From Obrimoposthia wandeli (taxonomy: Eukaryota), in the NCBI GenBank assembly GCA_977020255.1, contig CDROCS010000506.1, forward strand, positions 992,001 through 1,056,000: a stretch of 64,000 nt of DNA, read 5' to 3'. The position numbers were made by a program, and so were the translations under genes. The notes under the pieces were generated by a model. That model searched no databases. It saw only the letters and a list, made by a program, of their open reading frames with translations, and had not been told where the DNA came from. Positions 1 through 11,385 of this stretch are shown piece after piece; within the stretch, counting starts at the first letter, position 1, and each line of letters begins with the position of its first letter.

Positions 1-809
1 TGATGGATCAAGTTATCAAATTCATCCATATTCGCAGCATAAGGATACGCGATTAGAGCGATATTAATCTGACCACTTTTAAATTCAGCACGGTGATGCA
101 AGGTATCTTCTTCTGGCAAACGGTGTGGGAAATAATGAATATTAGCCACTGTCGGTACACCCGTCTTATCTTCCAGCCACTCCATTGCATTACCCAGCAG
201 TAATGGATCGCCACGGAATTTATTTAACACAAAACCTTTAATCAGCTTTTGTTCTGCCTCGGCAAGACACATAAACGTACCAAGCAGATGGGCAAAAGCC
301 CCACCCTTATCAATATCGGCAACCAAATAAACATCGGCATTACACGCCAAGGCCACACTCATATTAACAATATCACTGGCACGTAAGTTTACTTCCGCCG
401 GACTGCCCGCCCCTTCAATAACAATCTGTTGAAAATCTTGCTGTAAATCACCCAGTGCTCTTTCAACATGCTCAAAAAGATGCGACTTGCGTTCCATCCA
501 CGGAATGTTACTTAGCTCAGGCGCAGGTTTACCATTAAGGATCAGTTGGCTTTGAGTATCGGCATTGGGTTTGAGTAACACTGGATTCATGCGTACATCA
601 GGTTGTACTTTCGCAGCAATTGCTTGTAAGTATTGCGCACGGCCAATTTCAGCACCTTGCGCAGTGACAGCGGCATTATTACTCATATTCTGTGCTTTAA
701 AAGGGGCGACGCTGACACCACGATTAGCAAACATACGGCATAATCCGGCGACAACGAAACTTTTACCGGCGTCGCTAGTACACCCCATTATCATGATTGG
801 CTTTGTCAT
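1..809 (-). CDS. cobQ: cobyric acid synthase, N-terminal part; runs off the window start and is missing from the ORF track
   Basis: Minus strand from ATG at 809 reads MTKPIMIMGCTSDAGKSFVVAGLC, the CobQ/CbiP N-terminal P-loop. Further on it reads ILNGKPAPELSNIPWMERK and IVIEGAGSPAEVNLR. Confidence 0.9.
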   Translation of the reverse strand, partial: MTKPIMIMGCTSDAGKSFVVAGLCRMFANRGVSVAPFKAQNMSNNAAVTAQGAEIGRAQYLQAIAAKVQPDVRMNPVLLKPNADTQSQLILNGKPAPELSNIPWMERKSHLFEHVERALGDLQQDFQQIVIEGAGSPAEVNLRASDIVNMSVALACNADVYLVADIDKGGAFAHLLGTFMCLAEAEQKLIKGFVLNKFRGDPLLLGNAMEWLEDKTGVPTVANIHYFPHRLPEEDTLHHRAEFKSGQINIALIAYPYAANMDEFDNLIH

Positions 810-844
810 TTTATCTTCTTGAGTTAAATATTAAGTGTAAGTGG

Positions 845-1552
845 TTACTGAAAAGTAAGATCGGTGAGTTTTAAATACGATTTACGGACGCCATGCTTAT
901 ACACTTCAACTTGCGCCAGCTGGTAATCTAATTTCGGTATAAACCAATAATAAGTCGCACGATTTTTCTTCTTTTTAACTTCTTTGACTTTAATCGCCAT
1001 CATGTCGCCGTATATCGTATTGATCGTTTCTTCTTGTACAACTTCAAATGCAATGGTTTCTAGTTTTTTTTCAAATACCCATTCGTAACTGAATGCAGTT
1101 TTGCCTAACTTAAGGTCATTTTGCACGACAATAGTCATGGCCCCTACATCCATCACATCCGGCTTTGATTTTATTTCGACATGACCATCTTTAAGGTCCA
1201 TTAAAATATCGCCATTATCCTCAAAAGAAGCTGATGACACATCGCCAAAACCCATTACCGATGTTTCATGTTCGTAACGGTCAGTCGTTAGTACGTTATC
1301 TTTAAAATCAAACCACGAATTATTGGTATAATCACCAGTGCCAAATAATACGCTTGCTTGCGTGGTCAGTTTGTAGCTATCACCATTTAAACGGCGCAAT
1401 GTACGTTCGCCACTACCAAATCTGACATCTTTGTAATACACCGCATACTTCGCTTGGAAAGGATAGATTTTAGCTTGGGCTGCAGATATGGTCATAGCAT
1501 AAGTCCCTATACTCAATATGATCATGTAAACAAATTTGGTTAATATCTTCAT
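845..1552 (-). CDS. exported DUF3108-like protein
   Basis: Signal-peptide-like N-terminus ending AQA, then a beta-rich body (FQAKYAVYY...GERTL...YWFIPKLDYQL) resembling DUF3108. Start moved to ATG 1552, which has a GAGGGAG SD. Confidence 0.6.
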   Translation of the reverse strand: MKILTKFVYMIILSIGTYAMTISAAQAKIYPFQAKYAVYYKDVRFGSGERTLRRLNGDSYKLTTQASVLFGTGDYTNNSWFDFKDNVLTTDRYEHETSVMGFGDVSSASFEDNGDILMDLKDGHVEIKSKPDVMDVGAMTIVVQNDLKLGKTAFSYEWVFEKKLETIAFEVVQEETINTIYGDMMAIKVKEVKKKKNRATYYWFIPKLDYQLAQVEVYKHGVRKSYLKLTDLTFQ

Positions 1553-1730
1553 TCTCTGAACTCCCTCAAAGTAGCTCTCATTAGTCAGATGCAAGCCTTG
1601 GCTTTTCTGGTCTATAAGACTTAATAATTTTAGTCTATAAACCTTAATATTTAAGGTCTATCACTACGTTTTTATATCACTACAGCCACGGCGCAGTACT
1701 ATTCTCAACAACTATTATATTTAATAACGC

Positions 1731-3299
1731 TTATTTTTTAGTAATTTGATAGTCGCGTAACTTATTGGCAATCGCGGTATGTGATACCCCTAAACGCTTT
1801 GCCAGTTGGCGCGTACTTGGGTAAGACGGATAAAGACGCTGTAATAACAGTTTCTCAAAGCGCTTGCAGGCCTCATCGAGTGAACCATCAAACAAAGCTT
1901 CATCAACGCTGGTATTTTTAGTCGTGGGTAAGTTTAAATCACATGGATTTAGCACATCACCTTCAAGTAATGTTAGTGCGTGATATAACACATTACGTAA
2001 TTCACGCACGTTGCCAGGCCAAGGATAAGATTGTAATAGCTCCAGGACATTACGGCTTAACTGTGGTTTAGTACGCTGAAGTTCATGACTAAAGACACTG
2101 CAGAACGAATGGCAAAGCGGAATAATATCTTCTTTACGTTCACGTAGCGCAGGTACTGTCATCGATAATACATTCAAACGATAATACAGATCTTGGCGGA
2201 ACTTACCGTCGCTAATCAGCTGTGGTAAATCATTTTGCGTGGTACAAAAAATACGTACATCAACACGGACTTCTTGTTCATCACCAACGCGGCGGAAACA
2301 ACCCGTTTCGAGTAACCGTAAAAACTTAGTTTGTAAGTACGGTGACATGTCGCCGATTTCATCTAACAGCACCGAGCCTTCATTGGCTAATTCAAAAATC
2401 CCGCGCTTGGTTTCACCGTCATCAGTGACAACACCAAACAGTTCTGATTCTGCAACAGCGTCAGGTACAGCAGCACAGTTAAGCGCTAAAAATTGATGTT
2501 GTGAGCGCCCACTCGCCTGATGACACGCTTTAGCGATCAGTTCTTTACCTGCGCCCGTTTCACCTAAGATCATTAACGGCGCATCCAACTTAGCTAATTT
2601 TTTAGCCGTGTTGATTAAGACATTCATTTTATCGCTTTTAGCGTGGATCTCATCAAATGCGGCAAACTGGAAGGTACGTAAAAAATTAAACTGCTTACCA
2701 ATACGGTCAACCGATTTAAGGATAATCACCGCGCCAACGAGTTCGTCAGGTTTCACGCTAATGACGGTTTTTGATAACGCCACTTGATTAACATCACTGC
2801 TGATACTCAAAGGCAGGATATCGCCAAGAAAATCTTCATCTAATAGTGTCAGCTTTTGGGTTTGCGCACAGACTTCCTCTGATTCGAGCCACTTAGCAAT
2901 GGAGAATCCTTTGACAAAATGACTAATACAATGACCTTTTACCTGCGACTCTAACAGCCCCAGCGCGGTCAATGCCGGTGTATTAACCAAAGACACCAAG
3001 CCTTTTACGTCCACCGAAAAGACAATGTCAGGTAGATTCGTCATCAAGGTTTGGATTTCTTGATGTTCAAGTTCAGAGGGCAGATAACTCACTGTTTTAA
3101 CGTCGCATACACCACTAATTCGGCGTAGGTTTGCCATCAGTGCCTGTAAGTCAGAAAATTCAAGATTCGGTGATTTAATAAATATCCGATCCGGTTGTTG
3201 GATCTCAATCGCAGATAAATTAATATCTCGCGCTAAAAAACAATCAAGGATTTCTCGACTGATACCGACTCTATCTTCACAAACTAATTCCAAACGCAT
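1731..3299 (-). CDS. tyrR: transcriptional regulator TyrR (ACT-PAS-AAA+-HTH)
   Basis: Starts MRLELVCEDRVG. Walker A GETGAGKE, ESELFG without a GAFTGA loop (as in TyrR), and C-terminal YPSTRQLAKRLGVSHTAIANKLRDY. Confidence 0.95.
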   Translation of the reverse strand: MRLELVCEDRVGISREILDCFLARDINLSAIEIQQPDRIFIKSPNLEFSDLQALMANLRRISGVCDVKTVSYLPSELEHQEIQTLMTNLPDIVFSVDVKGLVSLVNTPALTALGLLESQVKGHCISHFVKGFSIAKWLESEEVCAQTQKLTLLDEDFLGDILPLSISSDVNQVALSKTVISVKPDELVGAVIILKSVDRIGKQFNFLRTFQFAAFDEIHAKSDKMNVLINTAKKLAKLDAPLMILGETGAGKELIAKACHQASGRSQHQFLALNCAAVPDAVAESELFGVVTDDGETKRGIFELANEGSVLLDEIGDMSPYLQTKFLRLLETGCFRRVGDEQEVRVDVRIFCTTQNDLPQLISDGKFRQDLYYRLNVLSMTVPALRERKEDIIPLCHSFCSVFSHELQRTKPQLSRNVLELLQSYPWPGNVRELRNVLYHALTLLEGDVLNPCDLNLPTTKNTSVDEALFDGSLDEACKRFEKLLLQRLYPSYPSTRQLAKRLGVSHTAIANKLRDYQITKK

Positions 3300-3575
3300 T
3301 GCAGTAACCACCATAAAATACTATGCGTTTATAATAGCATGTAAACCGCGCCATCAATGCCAATAAAATGGTGTAAGCCATATTACGAACAGATGAGTTG
3401 ACGCGATAAATAAATCTTCGGCTAGGTTGTTAAATAATACCCAATCGCAGTAAAACAGACTGATATAAATCGACTTTTGCTTCATATTTAAAAAAAATTA
3501 ACTATTATGGTGTAAAAGCGCCAGATTAACTTGGTTGAACATTGCCTTAATGATAAATTAACAAGGTAAGTCTTC

Positions 3576-5201
3576 GTGATAAAAAATATGCATATTCTAA
3601 ATTTGATTAAAAATATACTGCCTTTAGCCGTTATCTTGTTGTTAACAGCCTGTGATGAGCAAACCCAAATTAAACAGAACGGTCTGTCTTATTGCACAGA
3701 AGGTAGCCCCAGTTCATTTAACCCGCAAACAGCCACATCTAATGTGACCCTTGATGCAACGACGAGTCAGCTTTACGATCGTCTGCTATTTATTGATCCC
3801 AATACACAGCAATTTAAAGCGGGTTTAGCCATTGACTGGGAAGTATCTGCAGATCGTCGATCATATCGCTTTTTCTTACGTAAAAACGTCCGCTTTCACC
3901 AAACTGATTATTTTACGCCGACACGACCGTTTAATGCCGATGATGTCATTTTCAGCTTTGCACGCATATTAGATAAGACACATCCTTATCATGATGTTTC
4001 GAAAGATGGCTATCCGTTTTTTGAAGGCATCGAGCTCGATCAACAAATCCAATCATTGGTCAAGATTGATGACTACACCGTCGAATTCAAACTCGCATTA
4101 CCAGATTCTTCATTTATCGCTAATTTAGCCAGCGATTTTAGCGTTATTTTATCTGCTGAATATGGCGATACTTTAATTGCGTTAAACAAACAAGCCGATA
4201 TAGATAATCTGCCAATTGGTACTGGCCCATTTAAATTTAAAGAATACCGCACTGATAATTTTATTCGCTATCAAAGACATGATGATTATTGGGGCGAAAA
4301 TGCCAAAATTGAACAGTTGATTTTTGATATCACCCCGAGTTCATCATCGCGTTTAGCCAAGTTATTAACCCAAGAATGCGATATTATGGCTTACCCCGCG
4401 GCAAGCCAAGTAGAGATGATCAGTGAACATGACCGGGTTAAAATATCAGTTGAAACCGGACTTAACGTGGCTTACTGGGCGTTTAATACTGAAAAAGCAC
4501 CGTTTAACAACCCTAAAATACGCCGTGCACTTGCTCATACCATTAATCAAGAAACCTTGCTTCAAGCGGTTTACTACAATACCGGCGTTAACGCGAAATC
4601 AATTTTACCGCCTGTGTCTTGGGCTTATAACCCTTATCTGAAAAGTTATAAATACAATCTTGCCTATGCCCGCCAATTAATCACTGAAGCCGGTTATCCC
4701 AATGGTTTCAAGATGAATATTATGGCGCTAAAGTCATCACAAGTTTATAATCCAGATGCGGTTAAAATGGCAGAACTGATTCAATCAGAGTTAGCGCAAA
4801 TTGGTATCGAAGCAAAGATTATTAAATATGAGTGGCAACTCATGGAAAATAAATTGCAACAGGGTGAATATGATAGTTACCTGCTGGGTTGGGTAGCAGA
4901 TAATAATGATCCTGATAATTTTTTCCGTTTTCAATTAAGTTGCAACGCGATTAACACGGGTTCTAATTATACTCGTTGGTGTAATTCCGAGTTTGATGAT
5001 TTGATTAATCAAGCGGTCACAGAAACAGAATACATTGAACGCGTCACGCTCTATTATCGCGCTCAAGAAATTATTCAACAAGAATTACCTCTTATTCCAC
5101 TGGCACACTCTTTGCGTTTACATGCTTATACCAGTGGAATAAAAGGTGTGGAAACGACTGCTTTCGGCGGTATCAATTTCATTAATACAGTGCGGCAGTA
5201 A
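3576..5201 (+). CDS. sapA: peptide ABC transporter substrate-binding lipoprotein SapA
   Basis: Lipobox LLTAC and family-5 SBP motifs (YCTEGSPSSFNPQ, PIGTGPF). First gene of a sapABCDF-type run. Confidence 0.85.
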   Translation: MIKNMHILNLIKNILPLAVILLLTACDEQTQIKQNGLSYCTEGSPSSFNPQTATSNVTLDATTSQLYDRLLFIDPNTQQFKAGLAIDWEVSADRRSYRFFLRKNVRFHQTDYFTPTRPFNADDVIFSFARILDKTHPYHDVSKDGYPFFEGIELDQQIQSLVKIDDYTVEFKLALPDSSFIANLASDFSVILSAEYGDTLIALNKQADIDNLPIGTGPFKFKEYRTDNFIRYQRHDDYWGENAKIEQLIFDITPSSSSRLAKLLTQECDIMAYPAASQVEMISEHDRVKISVETGLNVAYWAFNTEKAPFNNPKIRRALAHTINQETLLQAVYYNTGVNAKSILPPVSWAYNPYLKSYKYNLAYARQLITEAGYPNGFKMNIMALKSSQVYNPDAVKMAELIQSELAQIGIEAKIIKYEWQLMENKLQQGEYDSYLLGWVADNNDPDNFFRFQLSCNAINTGSNYTRWCNSEFDDLINQAVTETEYIERVTLYYRAQEIIQQELPLIPLAHSLRLHAYTSGIKGVETTAFGGINFINTVRQ

Positions 5202-5204
5202 CTC

Positions 5205-6170
5205 ATGTTTTTTTATATAATAAGACGAATTAATTTACTGGTCATTACCGTGACGGCATTAACCGTTATTGGTTTTTTCCTACGCAGTCGTGTACCGGGT
5301 GATTTAGCCCTCGATGGTAATATATTCAGTAATTACGTTGATTATTTACTCGCAATTATGCAAGGTGACTTGGGGGTAACCAGTGGTACTGGGCAACCTG
5401 TATTCGATGAGATATTAACGGTATTCCCCGCCACACTTGAGCTGTGCTTTAGTGCCTTTATTCTGTCTATTATTATTGGTGTACCGATTGGCACGATTGC
5501 TGGTATGCAACGTGGCAGTTCACTTGATAGCACTATCATGGGCATCTCACTGTTTATCTTTTCAATCCCAGTATTCTGGTTAGCGTCATTAGTGATGATG
5601 TACTTTGCCTTAAATTGGAATTGGCTGCCCGTAACTGGCCGCCTTAACTTATTGTATGAAATTGATTCCGTTACCGGTTTTATGCTTATTGATACGCTTA
5701 TATCCGACAATCCGCATAGCCAAGATGCATTTTACGACGCCCTTAAGCATTTATTATTGCCAACCATTGTATTAGCGACCGTACCTACGACTGAAGTTAT
5801 CCGCCAAATGCGTAATCACGTCAGTGATGTAATGAAGCAAAAATACATTAAAGCCGCAGCAAGCAAAGGCTTGAGTAAAACTGAAATTATTATGCGTCAT
5901 GTACTACGTAACGCGATCCCCAACATGATCCCGCATTTAGGGCTGCAATTCAGTACTGTATTGACCACAGCTATGGTCACTGAAGCGGTATTCTCATGGC
6001 CCGGTATTGGCCGTTGGTTAATCAATAGCATTTATCAACAAGACCATGCGGCGATTCAAGGAGGCATGTTGACAGTGGCTATTTTCGTGGTTACCGCCAA
6101 TGTATTAACCGAAATATTAACTGTTGTTATTCATCCAATTCGCAGGAAAGAACTTTATGCCCAACATTAA
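5205..6170 (+). CDS. sapB: ABC permease SapB
   Basis: Multi-TM permease with EAA-like loop (YIKAAASKGLS), directly after sapA. Confidence 0.85.
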   Translation: MFFYIIRRINLLVITVTALTVIGFFLRSRVPGDLALDGNIFSNYVDYLLAIMQGDLGVTSGTGQPVFDEILTVFPATLELCFSAFILSIIIGVPIGTIAGMQRGSSLDSTIMGISLFIFSIPVFWLASLVMMYFALNWNWLPVTGRLNLLYEIDSVTGFMLIDTLISDNPHSQDAFYDALKHLLLPTIVLATVPTTEVIRQMRNHVSDVMKQKYIKAAASKGLSKTEIIMRHVLRNAIPNMIPHLGLQFSTVLTTAMVTEAVFSWPGIGRWLINSIYQQDHAAIQGGMLTVAIFVVTANVLTEILTVVIHPIRRKELYAQH

Positions 6171-7047
6171 TATCTTTGCGGATGAACATATCCTGTCTCC
6201 TGCCGAACAAACCTGGAAACATTATTCATCACAGCAAATTGCAATGGCCGCATTATGGGCGCTAGGTTTATTATTTTTCCTTATGGTTTTTGCGCCGCTG
6301 ATTGCACCGCACGAACCCGATATACGCCAAGCAAATTTACTATTGCAACCACCATCGTGGGATGAACAAGGCACTGTTGATTACTTCTTTGGTACCGATG
6401 ACTTAGGCCGCGATATCCTCTCACGGTTACTATATGGTTTACGCTTAACCTTTGGTAACGCAGTATTAGTAAGTATTATCGCCTTGATTATAGGCACGAC
6501 TATTGGTATTACAGCCGCAATAAGTCGTGGTCTACTATCGAGCACCTTGCATCATATTATGGACACGGCATTATCGATCCCGTCACTATTATTAGCGATC
6601 ATCTTTATCTCTGTGCTCGGGCCTGGTTTAGAACACAGTTTGTTAGCGATTTTATTGGCCTCAATTCCCCAATTTATTCGGGGCGTCTACTTGTCGGTTT
6701 ATCAAGAGCTGCAAAAAGAATACATTATTGCCCTTAAACTCGATGGCGCCAATAACTACCGTATTATACGCTATGGGGTATTCCCTAATATTATCGAAAC
6801 ACTGGTGAACTTACTTACCCGTGCGATCTCATCAGCTATAATTGATATAAGTGCGTTAGGATTTTTAGGCTTAGGCGCACAGCGTCCGCTTTCAGAATGG
6901 GGCACTATGTTATCCGGTGCCACCGATCTGGTATTCATTGCACCTTGGACTGTTGTCCTGCCTGGATTAGCTATTCTAGTCACTATTTTTATTATTAATG
7001 TCGTTGGTGAAAGTTTAAGACAATCTGTCATTGCGGGAGTTGATTAA
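6157..7047 (+). CDS. sapC: ABC permease SapC
   Basis: [15 protein letters not shown] motif. ATG 6157 overlaps the end of sapB. Confidence 0.85.
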   Translation: MPNINIFADEHILSPAEQTWKHYSSQQIAMAALWALGLLFFLMVFAPLIAPHEPDIRQANLLLQPPSWDEQGTVDYFFGTDDLGRDILSRLLYGLRLTFGNAVLVSIIALIIGTTIGITAAISRGLLSSTLHHIMDTALSIPSLLLAIIFISVLGPGLEHSLLAILLASIPQFIRGVYLSVYQELQKEYIIALKLDGANNYRIIRYGVFPNIIETLVNLLTRAISSAIIDISALGFLGLGAQRPLSEWGTMLSGATDLVFIAPWTVVLPGLAILVTIFIINVVGESLRQSVIAGVD

Positions 7048-8060
7048 TGGCACTGCTCGATATTCGAAATCTCACGATTGAGATCGAAACACCGCAAGGT
7101 ATATTAAAAGCGGTAGATAAATTTAACATCACCCTGAGTGATGGTGAAGTACGTGGGCTTGTAGGTGAATCAGGTTCAGGAAAGAGTCTGGTTGCAAAAG
7201 CCATTATGGGCATCACTAAAGATAACTGGCGGGTCCAAGCAGACCGCTTACGACTCGGTGATATTGATTTATTGAACTTAACCCCAGTGCAACGCCGCCG
7301 TGTCATGGGCAAAGAAATCGGCATGATTTTTCAAGATGCCGCCGCACACTTGGATCCATCCGAAAAAGCCGGAGATCAACTTGCAGAAGCGATCCCGTGT
7401 GATCAGTTTACCGGTCATTTTTGGCAACGTTTTAACTGGCGTAAAAAACAAGCCATTGCCCTACTGCACAAAGTCGGTGTAAAAGATCATAAAAAGGTGA
7501 TGAACAGTTACCCTTTTGAGCTCTCTGAGGGACTTTGTCAAAAAGTGATGATAGCGATGGCGATTGCCAAAAAACCGCGCCTATTAATTGCTGATGAACC
7601 GACAACGGCAATGGAACCTAAAACCCAGAATCAAATATTACGTTTATTAGATAAATTAAATAAATTGTCCCACACCACCATTCTTCTGATCAGCCATGAT
7701 TTAGAAACGGTGAGCTTATTAGCGGATAATATGACGGTGATGTATTGCGGCCAAATGGTTGAAAGTGGCACGCGAGATCAGGTATTTAACCATACTCATC
7801 ACCCTTATACCGACGCCCTATTACGCGCCAATCCCGATTTTAGCCAAGTACCACATAAAGCACGGTTGAATACCTTGGCGGGACAAGTTCCACTACTACA
7901 CCATTTACCGATTGGTTGTCGACTCGGACCTCGCTGTCCGAACGCTCAAAAAAACTGTGTGATCACCCCGCCGATGCAAAAGATCAAAGGCCATTTATTT
8001 AGCTGTCACTTCCCGTTAAATGCCGATGAATTAAAAGGTAAAAAATGCCAAAAGAAATAA
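7047..8060 (+). CDS. sapD: ABC ATPase SapD
   Basis: Walker [17 protein letters not shown] signature variant typical of SapD, and C-terminal GCRLGPRCP. Confidence 0.9.
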   Translation: MALLDIRNLTIEIETPQGILKAVDKFNITLSDGEVRGLVGESGSGKSLVAKAIMGITKDNWRVQADRLRLGDIDLLNLTPVQRRRVMGKEIGMIFQDAAAHLDPSEKAGDQLAEAIPCDQFTGHFWQRFNWRKKQAIALLHKVGVKDHKKVMNSYPFELSEGLCQKVMIAMAIAKKPRLLIADEPTTAMEPKTQNQILRLLDKLNKLSHTTILLISHDLETVSLLADNMTVMYCGQMVESGTRDQVFNHTHHPYTDALLRANPDFSQVPHKARLNTLAGQVPLLHHLPIGCRLGPRCPNAQKNCVITPPMQKIKGHLFSCHFPLNADELKGKKCQKK

Positions 8061-8872
8061 TCAACAACGCAGCCACAAACCGTGTTCAGCCTTTATTACG
8101 GGTGGAAAAATTAGGCAAAACTTATATCAACCCGACCGGTTTTTTTAAACGTCAGGAAGTGGTTGCCGTTAATGACATTTCATTTAGTTTAAATCGAGGT
8201 GAAACACTGGCGATTATTGGTGAAACAGGATCAGGTAAATCAACCCTTGCACGGTTATTAGCTGGCGTCATACCACCTACAACAGGTCGTATCTATATTG
8301 ATGGTTGTAAACTTGATGGTAGTAATACCGATTTACGTTGTCGTTCTATTCGGATGGTATTTCAAGATCCTGAAACATCACTTAACCCGCGAACCAGTGT
8401 CGGGCAAATTTTAGATGCACCACTGCAATTAAATACCGATATGTCCGTCGCTCAACGTAGTGAGAAGATAACCGATACATTGCGCCTAGTCGGCTTGTTA
8501 CCTGAGTATGCGACCTTCTATCCGCCAATGCTATCAAGTGGCCAGAAACAGCGTATAGCGTTAGCTAGAGCGCTTATTTTAAACCCAAAGATTATCATTG
8601 CCGATGATACTTTATCGACACTGGATATTTCATTGCGCTCACAGATGATTAATTTGATGCTAGAACTGCAAAGAACAATTGGCATCTCTTATATCGTCGT
8701 TACCCATAACATGGGTTTAGTGAAGCATATAAGCGATAAAATGATTGTTATGCATCAAGGGGAATGTATCGAGCAGGGAAATAGTGAACAACTTTTCTCT
8801 AATCCTACAGCAGCGTTGTGCGGACAGATATTATCGAATCAATATAATATGAAAAAAAGCAGCTGTAAATAA
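8045..8872 (+). CDS. sapF: ABC ATPase SapF
   Basis: Walker [17 protein letters not shown], and degenerate Walker B IIIADD as in SapF. Confidence 0.85.
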   Translation: MPKEIINNAATNRVQPLLRVEKLGKTYINPTGFFKRQEVVAVNDISFSLNRGETLAIIGETGSGKSTLARLLAGVIPPTTGRIYIDGCKLDGSNTDLRCRSIRMVFQDPETSLNPRTSVGQILDAPLQLNTDMSVAQRSEKITDTLRLVGLLPEYATFYPPMLSSGQKQRIALARALILNPKIIIADDTLSTLDISLRSQMINLMLELQRTIGISYIVVTHNMGLVKHISDKMIVMHQGECIEQGNSEQLFSNPTAALCGQILSNQYNMKKSSCK

Positions 8873-8950
8873 TGAGCCGTAATAGCTAATAGCTTTATTC
8901 CTACGATATTAGTTACGGTATTGGTTACAGTACTAGCTCCATTGTTAGCA

Positions 8951-9325
8951 TTAATTGTAACGGTTGATCTTATTGTGTTCTAACGTCTCTTGCATGTTTT
9001 TCATCGCCTTTGCACGCAAGAAAAAACGCCACGTTTGACGTGGAACTCGCTGCTTAATCATATTATCACTCACCAATAAATACTCTGTACTTGCTAAATT
9101 CGTTATTACCGTCACCTTCTGACGTGAAATATCAAATTCGGCAGGCACATGGCTACCATCTTTAAACATACCGAATTCAGTGAACATCAGTCGTTCTGGT
9201 TTGCCATAGATATCATCTGTCGAAACCCACTCACCTAAAAGCGGATTAACTTTAGGTAAATAAAGCCATACTCCAATCGACAAGATAAGTATTGTCATCA
9301 CCAAGGCAATAATATATTTAATCAT
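8951..9325 (-). CDS. small single-TM membrane-anchored hypothetical protein
   Basis: N-terminal hydrophobic helix, then a beta-rich domain (LLGEWVS...). Start moved to ATG 9325. Confidence 0.6.
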   Translation of the reverse strand: MIKYIIALVMTILILSIGVWLYLPKVNPLLGEWVSTDDIYGKPERLMFTEFGMFKDGSHVPAEFDISRQKVTVITNLASTEYLLVSDNMIKQRVPRQTWRFFLRAKAMKNMQETLEHNKINRYN

Positions 9326-9344
9326 AAAGCTCGCTTTTAATAAC

Positions 9345-9379
9345 AAAAAATCTCGGTGCAATATAAATCACACCGAGAT
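9345..9379 (-). terminator. intrinsic terminator downstream of ppiD
   Basis: 9-bp inverted repeat atctcggtg/caccgagat with an A-run at 9345-9350 (U tail on minus). Confidence 0.6.
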
Positions 9380-9442
9380 CCAATTAACTCACTTAACACA
9401 GGCAAAGTTACCGCCTGGCTAGCTCTGTTGTTACGTTATGCT

Positions 9443-11347
9443 TTACTCTGCAGGTGCAGGGTAAGATACATCAGCAGCTTTAATCAACGTTTGTATCAAC
9501 ATCTCATAGTCTGCTTGCGCATTGATGTCTTTTAACGTATCCGCTAAACGTTTTGCTTCTTCAGTATTTGATTCAGCATCACGCACAGACGTAAATTTAA
9601 GCAAGGTAACATCACCATTAAGCGATGTTTCTGTTGCTACGCTTGCTTCTTCTGCAGCAGGTTTAGCCATTGAGAATAATTTACTCAATACTTTGAAGTC
9701 TGCTTTTGTATAATCAAAACGGCTTAGCCATTCCGGTGCAGTAAAGCTTGCATCAACACTTGCTAATTCAGTTGTAACATCGTCACCGGCATTGATTTTA
9801 GCTGACACAGTATCCATAAAGCTTAATGCTTTTTGCTCTGCTTTAGCCGCTGTTAAACGAGCCACGATTTCAGCATTAACATCTGTTAATGGTTTTGTCG
9901 TTTGCGGCTTGTATTCATTAATACGAACGACAATGCTTTGTGTATCAGACAGATTAATGATTTCAGAGTTTAACGCTTCCGCAATAAAGTCTTGGTCAAA
10001 TAATGTGCTCATGATTTTTTGATCGTTTAATGGTGCAGGGATAGCGTCTGCCGAGAACATTTCTGTAGAAACAATTGCTAAACCAGTTTCTTCAGATGCA
10101 ACATCCAGTGAATCTGGCACTTCAAATGCTTGCGCCGCTAATTGCTCAGCTAGCTCATCAAAACGAGATACCGCTTGCTCATTCTTCAAACGAGTTTCAA
10201 TCGTTGCTTTAACATCAGCAAATGCTTTCACTTTACCCGGTTCAACAGCCAGTAATTTAATGATATGGAAACCAAAATCACTACGTACCAGTTCAGTTGT
10301 TACATCGCCATCATTCACCAATGCAAATGCAGCAGCTTCGAATGCAGGGTCCATAATATCTTTTTCTAACCAATCTAATTCACCGCCATTTTCGCCGCTG
10401 AACGTATCATCTGATGATGATTTCGCTAGCTCAGCAAAGTCTGCGCCTGATTGTATTTGTGTTAGTAAATCTTGGGCTTTCAGTTCTGCAGCAGCTTCAT
10501 CATCATTGAATGCCACAAGGATATGCGCCACTTTACGCTTATCTTCTTGTGCATAAGATGCTTGATGTTCATTGTAGTAATTTTCAGCGTCGTCAGCGGC
10601 TAATTCAATACCAGCACTGATTTTCTTCATATCCACTAAGATGTAATCTACAGATGCTTGCTGTTGTGTCTGGAAAGACCCAGTGTTTGCATTGTAATAG
10701 TCACTTACTTCAGCGTCAGTAACGACAATATCAGCAGCAAATTTATTTGCTGGCACGATAAGTTGGCTTAATTGACGTTGTTGATTTTGTAATGAAGCTA
10801 ATTGCTGAACTTCATTTGGTAAACTAAATTCAGAGTTTACTAATGCATCAGTCAATTGCTGTTGAGCAAAGTCAGTACGTAGACGTTCAACAAATTGTGC
10901 TGGTGTCATACCACTTTGACGTAGCAAGCTAACATAACGGTCATCATTGAAAACACCGTCAGTTTGAAATTCTTGCATCGCAAAAATATAACCACGGATT
11001 TTTTCATCGCCAATACGTAATGCTAAGTCATCTGTCATTTGCTGTAATAAATTTTGCGCAACTAACGTATTAAGAGACTGTTGACGTACTTGATTTTGAA
11101 ATGCAGGTTGTTCCCAACGCGCGGCGAATGATTCACCTTGTTGAGACTCTAAACGAGAACGATCGGTTCTCACTTGATTTTCGAGTGCTTGTGTTGAAAT
11201 ATCGACACCATTCACTGTTGCAGCGGATTGAGCGCCACCAGTACCTAGATAGCTACTTACACCAGCAAGGGCAAATGTAACGATCACTGCGCCTAAAATA
11301 ATCTTAGCACCAGGCCCTTGTGAACCTTCGCGAAACTTCTCTAACAT
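9443..11347 (-). CDS. ppiD: periplasmic chaperone / parvulin PPIase PpiD
   Basis: MLEKFREGSQG N-terminus with TM anchor, SurA-like domain, rotamase motifs (VAHIL, FAELAK..S.D, GGELDW, SDFGFHIIK). Follows hupB as usual. Confidence 0.95.
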   Translation of the reverse strand: MLEKFREGSQGPGAKIILGAVIVTFALAGVSSYLGTGGAQSAATVNGVDISTQALENQVRTDRSRLESQQGESFAARWEQPAFQNQVRQQSLNTLVAQNLLQQMTDDLALRIGDEKIRGYIFAMQEFQTDGVFNDDRYVSLLRQSGMTPAQFVERLRTDFAQQQLTDALVNSEFSLPNEVQQLASLQNQQRQLSQLIVPANKFAADIVVTDAEVSDYYNANTGSFQTQQQASVDYILVDMKKISAGIELAADDAENYYNEHQASYAQEDKRKVAHILVAFNDDEAAAELKAQDLLTQIQSGADFAELAKSSSDDTFSGENGGELDWLEKDIMDPAFEAAAFALVNDGDVTTELVRSDFGFHIIKLLAVEPGKVKAFADVKATIETRLKNEQAVSRFDELAEQLAAQAFEVPDSLDVASEETGLAIVSTEMFSADAIPAPLNDQKIMSTLFDQDFIAEALNSEIINLSDTQSIVVRINEYKPQTTKPLTDVNAEIVARLTAAKAEQKALSFMDTVSAKINAGDDVTTELASVDASFTAPEWLSRFDYTKADFKVLSKLFSMAKPAAEEASVATETSLNGDVTLLKFTSVRDAESNTEEAKRLADTLKDINAQADYEMLIQTLIKAADVSYPAPAE

Positions 11348-11385
11348 AATTCTATTCTCTAAACTGCAATACAGTAAATAACAAT

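Noticed and set aside
3372-3389. TyrR box upstream of tyrR (TGTAAG-CCATAT-TACGAA)
   Set aside because: The right half does not match TTTACA.
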